Assembly: GCA_009602735.1 (NCBI GenBank)
Contig: WELA01001020.1
Span: 8,491 to 54,084, forward strand
Source of the DNA: Mesotaenium endlicherianum
Taxonomy: Eukaryota
DNA length: 45,594 nucleotides
Direction of reading: 5' to 3'
Shown here in pieces: positions 20,844-32,260 of the stretch (position 1 is the stretch's first letter; every line of letters starts with the position of its first letter). The position numbers and the translations under genes were made by a program. The notes beneath the pieces are model-generated. The model did not search any database and was not told where the DNA came from. It saw nothing but the letters and a program-made list of their open reading frames with translations.

Positions 20844-22570
20844 ATGCGGTTGAGGAGTGGAAGACTTTACCACCTTGTGGAGCCTGCAGAAGGCAAAGTC
20901 CACAAGGAAGTGAGACGTCTGAGCATACTGACAACCGATGGAGTGAGCAACCGTCGAGAGAGGAGTCTCGCCATATCTCCGCAAGCGGTGAGAACCCGGA
21001 TAACACACGAGCCGTTGCACCTGATTCGGGCAGAGAGCAAGACGTGTCGGGTAGAGTCAGTGAGTTCTGGTCACCGTTCAAAATGGCCGGTGATGATCGG
21101 GATGAAAATCCTAAATTCAACCTGTCTGCAAAGTGTTTTAGCGGATGAACCAGTGGAAACGGTCTCACTTTTAAAGAGTTTGATGAGAACTATTGGGCAA
21201 AATTCTTTGAGAGGATTCGGAAGGATTCTTCTTATACGCAATCTGTCGCATTTATAGGCTTGATTTAGTAATTGGATAAGGATGCCTTGTTGCTATATTG
21301 CCAGTTCCGGAAGGATGAGGATCTCACCCAAGAATGGGCATTTGGAGAGCAAGAAAGGGCTAGGGATTTGAAAATCCAGAAAGAGGCTGCGAAAGCCCAA
21401 ATGTCTGCTTTATCTTCAGGAAGAGCACTGCCAATTGCACCTGTTGAGAGCATAGACTTAGCTGCACTAACACAAGAATTAACAGAGGCCACAAGGCAAC
21501 TCACTGAGGGCCAGCAAAGGGCTGCTACTCATAATGATGATGCCGGCTCTGTCGCAGAGTTGCGAAAGGTGTGTGCGGAATTGTCTAAAAAGATTGCTAA
21601 TGCTCAAGAACGAGAAACGCCCAGAGCTGCACCTTTTAACGGTCAGCAAGGCGATAGCGCCACGACAGAGGCAAGCCATGCGCAAGCATTGGCTAGCTGT
21701 CGTCAAGATATGGAGGCTAGGGATGACCAGCTAGACTCCGAGCATTGCCTGCGTCGTTTCTTTAAGTTGCTTGAAGCACGTTTCCCAAAGGATCGCAGTC
21801 TTAAGGTGCACTGTTATGTGCATTTTGTCCGTCAGAAGAATGAGACAGTCATGGAGGTTGAATCCAGATTGGTAGACCTTGCCAAAAAGGCAAAAATCTA
21901 CGAGTCTAGAATAGTGGCTGACAAATTTCTGTTGTGCTTGGGCAAGGAAACAAATCATGAAGTCAGGCCACACCTGTCCGCGAAGCACGGGATTGACTGG
22001 GACATTGACGAGGCGGCTAAAATAGCACGCAATGTCAAAGAAGGTAAAGTGTGGTATAAGGAGGCTTCCAGGACGCTTATGGCCCCTGAGAGGAGGGAGG
22101 AATCCTCTCCGCCGAAGGCCAACAGTTCTAATTTTCAATTTAAGAAGAAAAGCGGGTCTTTCAATAAGTTTGCTAAGCACGCCAACACTGCTGAAATAGC
22201 AGAGGACTGTTGGAATCGGGGAAAATCAGGACATCAGACCAGAGATTGTCCGTACTCGGATGCTGAGCAACTATCCGCTAGCAAGGTGCAGATATGCGCA
22301 CATTGCAACAAGAAGGGACACTTAGAAGATGAGTGCTGGTCTAAGAACTCGAATCTAAAGCCGCCATGGGCAAATGCTGCCACGAAAGAGGCAGACAAGG
22401 AGAAATAGAAAGAAAAGGGTGGCTCTGGTAACCGCAAGGGTAACCAAAAGTATGACGCTATGAGTGCAGAAATCGCTGAGTTGAAAGCTCAATTTGCAAA
22501 ACTAAATACGCCTAATGTCTATTATGATGCAGATGTTGCAAAAAGATTGTCTTCAAAGGCGAGAAACTGA
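20844..22570 (+). pseudogene. gag: Degenerate retrotransposon Gag with two zinc knuckles
   Basis: MRLRSGRLY start; FSG*...FKEFDENYW...LI**LDKDALLLY; RQKNETVMEV; CWNRGKSGHQTRDC (degenerate) and CAHCNKKGHLEDEC. In-frame stops at 21146, 21266, 21269 and 22406. Confidence 0.8.
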
Positions 22571-24580
22571 TGCCTGAAAAGACTGTGGGTGCAACGGCTG
22601 CCGAGCAAGCAGATCACGACCGTCTGGTGCCAAGGAATGGTGGGAAGCTTCCTCAGACTTTTTGGATCACTCTGGATGAAAACGAGATCTCGCAATTACA
22701 ACAAACCAGGCCCAGGTCGCGCAAGACATTTAGTTTTTCGCTGGAGAAGCTGAAGGCCCTGGTGGAACACCGGATCCAACATGCTGCTTTGTTTTCTCTC
22801 GCTAATTTGCATATCACCTACCCGTTCACGGTTGAAGAAGCCGGACATCAGCTCGATATAGCTGAGGAGGGTGCGAACAGCGCCTCATTGCCTACCAATT
22901 TCAGCACCGTGAGAGTGCAGAATAGGGATGGTGCACAAATATTCAACAACTGGGCAGCCCCCACCATTTTGTTGGATACGGGCGCACAGCCAGTCGACGT
23001 GGGAAAGCGAGCTGTGAAAGCTCTAGGATTGACAGCGAAGGACCTGAAAGAGGGTCCTTTCCAGTTGAGAACTGCCTCGGGGCAAGTCTCAAAGTCTTGT
23101 GGAATTACTCGCAAGCCTGTGAAAATCACAGTAAATTCAGGGAAGCTTGAAGAGGCGTCACTACTCATGGAATGCACAGTGACGGAGGCAGAGAACTATG
23201 ATGTTCTTTTGGGAACAGAAGCGCTGATTCCCTTGGGTATGGTCATTGATCTGCGGAAGCGGAGGGTCAACAGATCAGCAGCCGGCAGGATAAATTCCTG
23301 CGAAGATGGTTTGCACAGGAGAAGCAAACTATGGCTGCTAGACTGCTGCGTTAACGACAGGTACCCAGAATCCTACGACAACATCATGAAGCGCAAAGAG
23401 GAAAGCTATACGAGCATCAACATGCCAACACCCTTGGTATGGCAACCTCGGATTATGGAGCAAATAGAAAATGTGAGTAACAAGGACCGCGGCTCGCAAG
23501 AGCTGCTGCCAGTACCCTACCCAGTTACCTCTGCTGCAAACCTGATGCCTGGAGTCGAGCCGCTGCCGCAAGGCATTGTCAGGATGGGAGATCCTTTTCG
23601 TAAAAAGGGAGTAGTGTTGTTGGAATTGTTCGCCGGACTTGGGTCTGGGACCATAGCATTGATCCAGCGAGAGATACAGGTGGCCAAAGTCTTGTATGTG
23701 GACAATGATAACCACGCTTTTCTAGCATTTAGAGAAGTCATGAGTCAGATGCAGCAAATGCATCACTTTAAGGGGTTGGTGCCCGCATACACCAATGTTG
23801 AGCGCATCGCTGGAGGCAACATTATTAATGTGAAGCCTGAAGACCTATATGGCTACAGGATTGCCTGGATCTTTGCTGGATTTGCTTGTCAACCGTTTTC
23901 TCAAGCTGAGAACAGGAGGGAATTCAATGATCCACGAGCACCACACTGAGGATGGATAATGAAAATCATCAGCATGCTGCGGGAACGTCAGCCCTATCAC
24001 CCACCAGTGTTTGTGATTGAGAACGTGCATCCAGGAATGGATTACAAGCAGATGAAGCCGGGAGAGCCACGGCTGATTTTTGACTCCACCTTGGGTTATC
24101 ATGTGCTAATCAACGACGCCAAGCACGGAGGATTATCCCATAGGGCCATAATATTTTGGACCAACGGTATGTCTATTGAGGTCCTGAGAGAGATGGAGGA
24201 CCTTACACAGCGATCACCGACGGCATTGACACTGGAAGAGGCGTTGGCGGTACGTACCAGGCCAGTGACCAGGAGGGATTCCTATCCACAGTGCGTCAAC
24301 AATAAACCAGGTCAGCCAAGGGTGGTACTGCCTACCTTCACAGTGTATCCAGGATCCCGAGCCTTCATAGGGAAGTGGACCAAGAATGGTCAAAGACATG
24401 CATCAAAGAGATGCCGTTTGGAGAGAGCCTACTGCGGTGGAGAAGGGAAACTGCCTTGGAATACCCGACACCATAGCTCGGTAGATAGCCGGTGCTGTAG
24501 GGTCAAAGGAAGTTGCGAAGATTTTCGACAACATGATTGGACAGCACTCTATGACCTGGCTGGTGGAGACAATCATGACG
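22570..24580 (+). pseudogene. Retropepsin aspartic protease fused in frame to a C5-cytosine DNA methyltransferase (DNMT3-like)
   Basis: PR: ILLDTGAQ...YDVLLG. DNMT motifs in canonical order: I LELFAGLGSG (~23620), II YVDND, IV AGFACQPFS, VI VIENV, VIII HRAIIFWTN, IX WREPTAVEK..LGIP, X-like KIFDNMI. Stops at 23947 and 24482; frameshift near 24410. Confidence 0.88.
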
Positions 24581-24659
24581 TGGCAGCAGTTGACCTTCAC
24601 CGACAAGCCTATGCCGAGGCCAAGACTAGTGACAATTGGGGTCATGTGGTGCCAACATC

Positions 24660-26716
24660 TGATCAGAGGGCTATCAGGACGGCACATCAGTGACAAGAAG
24701 AATACGGTGTGCAAAGAGACGCAGCGGAAGCTGCCAGAGACAGGGCATTAAGGGAAGCTAGGGTAGCTGAACTGATGAGATGCCAGGATCTGTTAAATCG
24801 GATCGATAACCAGACTGCTGAATAACAAGCACCTCTGGAAAGAGAGGATATACCAATGGGGGACCAGACGTCTGAGCAGACGACGCCGCTGCCAAGCGCA
24901 GAAGACGGTGCTCAGGACACCCCGCCATCTGTGAGAAACGCCACTCACAGTCAAATATTTGGGAGACCACCTTCCGGAGCCGCGACATCAAGGCGTAGAG
25001 ACTCCAGAAGATGCCAGATCAGGGTATGATACCCACCTCAGCCCAAGAGCAGCTGGGCGCGGAGACTACTGGCAGGAAAGCTCAAGTAGCTGGGAAGCCA
25101 ACCAAAAGTGTCTATCGTCTTCACCAGAGAAAGCGCCGCTACAAGACATGTCAGAGGAGTCTGAGAAGAAGACCCCTGAGCCAACGCTTGAAGACTTTGA
25201 ATACTATCTAAACCAAGCATCAGTGCAAGAGCGCCAGCGCAGCATTGGTGAAGGACCAAGATGGGCATGTGAAGAGTACCTGAATAGGACTTCTGAAGAG
25301 TCCTATGATACCTACAGAGCATCCCTCGGAGAACGCCAGTGCAATATTGGTGAATGGGCTGAAGAGAGTAGCCAAAATTCAGGAGATTCTGGAGGGTCTG
25401 CAAAGACCATATGCCTTGAAGTGATATTCAAAGAACGCAATGAGGAGTCAGGCAACCAATTATCCACAACACCTTCTTTGATGAGCCCAGAGCTGCAGGC
25501 TAAGGGGCAACAGCAGGGTTCAGCCAGTCAGACAGCTGAATCCATTGCAAGGCAGACCATGGAGCAGTTGCTGGAAGCAGACGCTCGATGGCACAAGGAA
25601 GAGGAAGTGGCTAAGGCGGCAAGCGCTCTGCAATCAGCCATCGTCAACCTGGCGAAGCTCAACACAGATAATGATGGAGAGCCACCACCACCTGGAGTGG
25701 AGAAGTCAGTTGAAGATGAGGCATAGATGCCGGATCTTTCAAAGTTTGACCCGCCGTCAGTCACCAATGAAGAGGAGATTCGGGAAGAAATTCCACATTT
25801 CCCTACTCCAGAGCTGGACCTGTTGGAGCTACAAGAGCTCAGGACGGATGATTGGGTGGCCGACCACTTGATAATGGAGGGGCCCAGCTCGGCAGATCTA
25901 TACAACAATCTAAGGTTGCCTACATCCAGCACTCCAACCGCCAGTTTTCCAGCACCAGAAGCTACCCCACATCAGCTATAACAGCTGCAGGAAGTGGCTG
26001 CCTGCACCGCTAAGGTGGAACCAACACAAGGTAATCCTCACGGTCGCGCAAGCAGACCAAGAAAGGTGGCCCAGGAAGGGAATGCACCTTGCAGGCGGAT
26101 GCTGATGCGTTATCTCAAGTATAGGGGAGCAGCTCAGAGAGAAGGAGTTCCAAAAGGAACCATGGCTCCTCCTCCGCAACCTATCCTGGAGATTTTGCGG
26201 AGAGAGGGAGAGGATGGCTTGATTTGCAAAGCCATGGCATTGGGAATTCACATTCCCATGGTGCGCCCTTCATCCACTGGAATGTGGGAGAAGGATAGTC
26301 CACCTTCTAGGACACCTGCAGTTTCTGAAAGGGACCTGGTAGAGCTGGAAAGTACCATAAGCCGCTTAACAGCAGAGAATGCTGTATACGCACAACTAGC
26401 TGCGGCTCAAAGACCGCAGATTTTGACACAAGCATGGACGGTTACGCCACCAGCCAAGGAGAAGTTTGGCACAACCGTTGCGCGCATTGCTACCATTGAG
26501 CGCGAGTGGGGTTGGCCAATCGACCCCAGAGCAAATCCAGCAGGGTGGCTTTTGCCGAACCCGCCCCCACCACGTGAAGAGGGAGGAACGGGGACCAGCT
26601 GGACTGCAGCCGATAAAGAAAGGTTCTTGAGGCAGCCCATCCGGAGGCGTCCGACATACTCCACTCAACAGGAGAGGCGACGATCCATCGAAAAAGGTAA
26701 AAGGCCTAAGAAGTAG
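24660..26716 (+). pseudogene. Degenerate accessory ORF of the DNMT-bearing retroelement (>600 codons)
   Basis: ORFs 24959-25726, 25727-25981 and 25994-26716 share one frame and are split only by single TAG/TAA codons. A further upstream piece lies in another frame. E/Q/S/P-rich, with no RT, RH or IN motifs. Confidence 0.6.
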
Positions 26717-27139
26717 GCCGCCGAGCCTAAGTCAGCGGAGGAGCAAGCTGCGAAGCCTGCCACTCCACTGCCTAACAATCAGCATGCTCGCGTCGGGGTG
26801 GCGCACACTGTCAACCCTGTCAATTCCGTCGACGGCAGCATTTCGTGCGTCTGCTCCCGGCAGCATTGTGTTGGGGGTGCTTCTAAGGGCTGGTTCAATG
26901 TCGGGATGAGCTAGCAGCAGCACCGGGTGGCGACTGTTGCTGTAAGCGACAACGGCTGGGCAGAGGCCAGCGGTGCACGCTGCAAGTGCTGTGCTGTTGG
27001 TGCAGCTGGCTGGTGCTACGCGTGCTGTCGACAGATAGAGACATCCGGTGTCGGCTTGCTATCAGGCTTCAGCTGCAACAAACTTTGCCTGCTGCAATAG
27101 CACAGTCGACGCACACGACAGCCACACCCGTGGGGTGGG

Positions 27140-28090
27140 TGTAGGGCTGCTGTCATGGTGACATGTGGCAGCACTTGGGTGCGGGGAGGGAGTGGGAATG
27201 TAGTCACGATTGTCTCCCCTGCTGCAACCCGTCCGAGGTGGCGGTGCGGCGCTCTACGAGTGCCTGCGTGTTTTGCTAGATAGGTGTCGACGTGCCTTTT
27301 TTGCTCTACCTTCTCTTGACCAGGGCCACAAGCAGAGTTATGGCATAGAAGCTGCAGCTGACTGAATTTGCCTCTTCATCTGTGCGAAGGTTGAGAGCAC
27401 GGAAGGTTTCCCCGCAAGTCAGAGCTATGTCATTTTTTTCGTATCACAGCAGTGCGCTGAAATTCTTTCATGGACAATGTAGTATACAAGGTTGCCATAT
27501 TGGCATTTAAATTTTTTGTATCAAAGACGCCAGACTTAGCTACATTTAATTGGGGTTGTGAAGGTAACGGTGAGCATTCAGGCATGAGAGACGAGGATGA
27601 GTTATTTTGTTGAAGAGTTGTTTAACATTGCATACAATAGAGCCGCGAATATTAAGTCCTGTTAAGCACACCTCTTGGTTTGACTTACATACGCAACTCT
27701 ACTTCTTAGCACAGGCTGCCCTTGACAAGGAGAGAAAGAATGCACCAAACGCAGCCGTCGTTTTTTCACTCCCGTTTTGCCGCCACTGACAATTTGACCT
27801 TCGTTTTCCATCGTTGCGCCGGTTCATTTTGCCTACCTACATGTTGCCAAGGCCTTCTATTTTATTGTATTTTCCTCTTTCTTCACTCCCGTTTGCCGCC
27901 ACCGACTCTCAACTCAAGTGTCAAAGACAGGACCTGGCACCACTTGTAATGGGGTTTCAACACCTCGAAGGGGAACCAGCAGACAGTAGCAAAGCTATTA
28001 TATGAGCATCATGAAGGAACGCTCGGACCTGCAGGCATCCTTGTCCCGCCATTTCCTTCTTTGCGCATGAGTCAGTTTTGCGTTTTGCCG
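27140..28090 (+). repeat. More diverged copy of the repeat segments at 1787-2225 and 2945-3120
   Basis: Direct alignment of the shared blocks listed for those features. Confidence 0.85.
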
Positions 28091-28620
28091 GTTGAATTAT
28101 GACGCATCCCTTGTTACTCCTAGTTGCGTTGCTCAAATATGACACAAGGGCTGATATTGCAAGCATGTCTTCGACCATTGCATTAAATTATCCCCAGTGC
28201 TTGTGTGGTGAAGGCTATGTTGCACACCTGTCCAATGGTGGTAGTACCCTGTGAGGGTGCTCCACTTGAAACATGAAAGGTGAGGTGATAGGGCTACATA
28301 CAATACACTGACTCATGTAGATACGTAAAACTTTATCCATGCATTAGGTTGAGAGTGTGCGCATCCAAAAAATATGCAACTTCTTGTGTATGAGCTCCAT
28401 GTGGATAAAGTCAGAGCTATGTTCATGCACCCCACAAAGTACTTACAAGTAACTACTCCATTGAAGCGATGATATGCAGGACAACACAATGAGAAATATA
28501 AGCAGGAGGCAAGGACACCAATATCATCATAAATTCATCTATTTGACATCCATGCATGAACAGTAATGGAGCCGGATGCTTCGTAGAAAGCGGGGACTAC
28601 TTTCTAATGTTCCTGAAGGT

Positions 28621-31600
28621 TCAAGTGATGCGCGACAAAAGGTCAGCAAGGGCTCCGAAGAGTCGTTCCGGCCGCTCAATGTGCACAGCATGCCCGACAT
28701 CAGCAACTTCCAAGACCTCAATGGGCTCTCTGGGACCATGTAGTGCACCTTGGGGTTCCCTTCGATTGGTCCCTGCTCATACACAGCAAGACCTTGGTAT
28801 GACAGCGTGCCAGCGCGTGCTCATAATTTTGCAAAGATGGCAAGGATGACTTGGAGGCCAATTGAGTGATCAACATAATCAACTACTCGAGCGCTACTTT
28901 ACCCTCACCTAGACGATTGCGAGGGAGGTTTGCACTGACGTGATAACAAAGCAAAGACTCCCAAACAGAGGACTCCATCAATTTTAAGCCAGGCAAACCA
29001 AATCTCAAAGTGACACATGAGGATTTACAACGAGGTGGATCCTCCACACATAGGCGAGCATGCGAGCCTTATAGGCTTGTACGGAGAATGTATCAGTTCT
29101 CCTTCTTTCTCATTATTGGTATCATTGGAAGCATGCTTGCGATGGAGCAAAGTGATGGCACGATGTAGACATAAGAGACGCCCACCTGTCACGCTCTCCG
29201 GGTTCTCTGTTAGTTGCGCGGTACGCGCCTCTTGTTGCATCGACGTTCCCAAGGCAGAAACATCGCCGACAGAATTGTCTAGCACAGCATATGCCGGCAG
29301 TGTTGAGGGGCTTTTCTGTTCAGCATTAGCCTCCGCCTGCTCGCCATGTGGCATTCTTCCACTCACGGCGTGGCCCTTGCAGGCCTCCTGCATGGCACAT
29401 GCTATCTTCACAAACTTTTGGTCGAGTGAGCCAGCCACCAAGAGGAGAGGGGGACGGCACTCCCGCAAGTCTTCCCAAAGTGACCTGCAACCGAGCAGTC
29501 CCAATACACGTCGACAAGGAGGGAAAGCTCGACAATGTCAGGATTCATGCAAGTTGTAGGAGACGAGAGCGGCACAGCCACGCCAGATGAAGGTAAATTT
29601 GGAGGATCATGCGCCACTGCATGAGGTGCAAAGTGGCAACACTACTTGTCTCAACACCAACGTTGGATGACCATCAGGCAGACAGATGCATAGGTAGATA
29701 TGTATATAGATAGACAGGGTAGGAGGCGGGAGGGGAGGACACGGACGGTTGTCTGCCGGTACTGAGTGCCGAGAGAGCGTTAGCGAGCCCATCTGCGTCG
29801 CCGGCGCGGCACCTCTCCGCCCGCATTCTCTCAAATCCCGGGTGCACTCTCAGGCTGCCACACGCGTTGCACCACAAGGCTGTAAGTCCACGTCCCTTCC
29901 TGCAGAAACCGTTGAAGTTCAAACCAGCGGAGCCGGGAGCACAGACAGAGGGGAGCCCACATGCGACCCGTGTGCGCACTAGCGTGGCAGCATGAGGGGG
30001 CACGAGGATACACGAGAGCCAGCCCGGGAGTGCTGGAGTGCTGGACAAGCAGGAAGAAATTGGGAGGTATGGTGCAGGAGAAGGAGCAGCTGCAGAGGGC
30101 AGGGCTGACCTGTCCCAGAGGGGCTGGCGGTACCAGGACTCTACAAAGGTCTCAAGCCCGCCCGTGCGCAGGGCTGCTGCTTTTGCGTCGTCTTGAGCTG
30201 CCCGAGATTGCCGGGCATGCTCATCTCGCAGCCCGGGGCTCCCGGATATGAGGGCTGCAGCTGCCACCTGCACATATAAGAGGCGCTCGCGTGTCACAAC
30301 CTTGCTTCGCCAACGCATGGCAGCCACTCCTCTCCCCTGGGCATCATGAATGGAAGGCGCCATTCAAGCATACCCTGCCTGATGTCGGAACCACAGCACA
30401 AGCTCCAGCCACTGCGTGCCTCTTCTTCGCCTTCCAATGGGATCGGGAACGGCCTTGACATCTCCAAAGAACTTGCAGAGGCATAATATTCCAAACCGCC
30501 CTGCTAAGAGCCTGCCCAATTGCTCAGGAGAAGGGCAAAAGCGTCGAGGGCCTCAAGCATAGTGCCTGTCTGGTGCCTGGATTCACCTTGTGTGGGTGGA
30601 AAGGGGGGGGAGGTGGGGAGGAAGTCATGCTTAAGCCCAACACGTGCAGAGCACACCACTTAAAGCCGGACCCTCCGATGCACACACTGAGAGATTATAG
30701 TAATACAGCTCTGAGGGAGGAGCGGGGGGGAAAAGGGGGGCCCGCGGGNNNNNNNNNNNNNNNNNNNNNNNNNNNNNNNNNNNNNNNNNNNNNNNNNNNN
30801 NNNNNNNNNNNNNNNNNNNNNNNNNNNNNNNNNNNNNNNNNNNNNNNNNNNNNNNNNNNNNNNNNNNNNNNNNNNNNNNNNNNNNNNNNNNNNNNNNNNN
30901 NNNNNNNNNNNNNNNNNNNNNNNNNNNNNNNNNNNNNNNNNNNNNNNNNNNNNNNNNNNNNNNNNNNNNNNNNNNNNNNNNNNNNNNNNNNNNNNNNNNN
31001 NNNNNNNNNNNNNNNNNNNNNNNNNNNNNNNNNNNNNNNNNNNNNNNNNNNNNNNNNNNNNNNNNNNNNNNNNNNNNNNNNNNNNNNNNNNNNNNNNNNN
31101 NNNNNNNNNNNNNNNNNNNNNNNNNNNNNNNNNNNNNNNNNNNNNNNNNNNNNNNNNNNNNNNNNNNNNNNNNNNNNNNNNNNNNNNNNNNNNNNNNNNN
31201 NNNNNNNNNNNNNNNNNNNNNNNNNNNNNNNNNNNNNNNNNNNNNNNNNNNNNNNNNNNNNNNNNNNNNNNNNNNNNNNNNNNNNNNNNNNNNNNNNNNN
31301 NNNNNNNNNNNNNNNNNNNNNNNNNNNNNNNNNNNNNNNNNNNNNNNNNNNNNNNNNNNNNNNNNNNNNNNNNNNNNNNNNNNNNNNNNNNNNNNNNNNN
31401 NNNNNNNNNNNNNNNNNNNNNNNNNNNNNNNNNNNNNNNNNNNNNNNNNNNNNNNNNNNNNNNNNNNNNNNNNNNNNNNNNNNNNNNNNNNNNNNNNNNN
31501 NNNNNNNNNNNNNNNNNNNNNNNNNNNNNNNNNNNNNNNNNNNNNNNGGGGGGGGGGCGTGAGGGGGAGTTCACTCCCGGGGAGAGTTGAAGCAAGGACG

Positions 31601-32260
31601 GGCCTTCACCTGGGGGTGGTGCCTGAGAGCGAGGTAGAGAGCGATGCGCGCCCCCATGGAGTAGCCCACCACGCAGCACCTGCCCCCCCCGCACTCCTTG
31701 AGCAGCACTGCCAGCGCCTCGCACACATTGGCCATGCCCATCTCCTCCCTCACGCCACCTGGCCTGCCCTCCGCTTCCCTGTTCACTCTGTTATGGTCCA
31801 AGTCAAAGTGCGAGCCTCGCTCTGACACCGTCGCCCCTCTGCCAGCCTCTGCTCCTCCTCGAGCGCCGCCCAACTCCGCAGCCTGCCTCTCAGCAGCTCC
31901 CCACTTTCCGGCCACGCCGCTCTCCTGCCACTTCCCCTGCTCCGTGTCTTTCTGCCCATGCGGCAGATTTCCTCCCTCTGCCAACGAAGCGGACGCGCCG
32001 CCAGAGGCTGGACTTGAAGTGGCAGGAGGGGCAGGTGGCGCTCTTGGGGGGCCGACGGAAGTGGAGCCATGGCCGGGCAGGTCGACGGCGATGCAGCGGT
32101 GGGTGAGGGAGAGCGCGTCCATGAGCGGCAGCCAGTCGCTGCTGGACCCCAGCAGGCCGTGCAGCAGCACCACCGTGACCCCGTCGCCGCCACCGCCGCC
32201 GCTGCTGCTGCCACCATGTTGCTCGGGGTCAGGCTGCTTCTGCCTGTCCTCCTGCTGTCT
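28621..32260 (-). other. menH: PHYLLO MenH (SHCHC synthase, alpha/beta hydrolase) domain exons
   Basis: [20 protein letters not shown] (Ser), [22 protein letters not shown] (Asp), GHAVHIERP (His; final exon absent from the ORF track). Confidence 0.93.

Larger units (their letters stand above)
10625..26760 (+). mobile_element. Decayed Ty3/gypsy-like retroelement carrying gag, protease-DNA methyltransferase and an accessory ORF; interrupted by the chromovirus; 3' end truncated
   Basis: Homology of the host repeat stops at 10624 and TGTTG begins at 10625 (LTR-like start). Gag and PR-DNMT follow at 20.8-24.6 kb. No RT/RH/IN, second LTR or convincing PBS found; boundaries are approximate. Confidence 0.6.

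Noticed and set aside
6666..24580. YR plus gag/PR/DNMT as one DIRS-type retroelement
   Set aside because: The YR has many introns, lies upstream of the insertion junction at 10625 and is duplicated independently; DIRS elements lack an aspartic protease.
26733..26738. CA|GCGG as the right end and TSD matching GCGG|TG at 10621-10626
   Set aside because: No LTR-like repeat of 10625 onward precedes it, and the host repeat does not resume after it; a 4-5 bp match is expected by chance.
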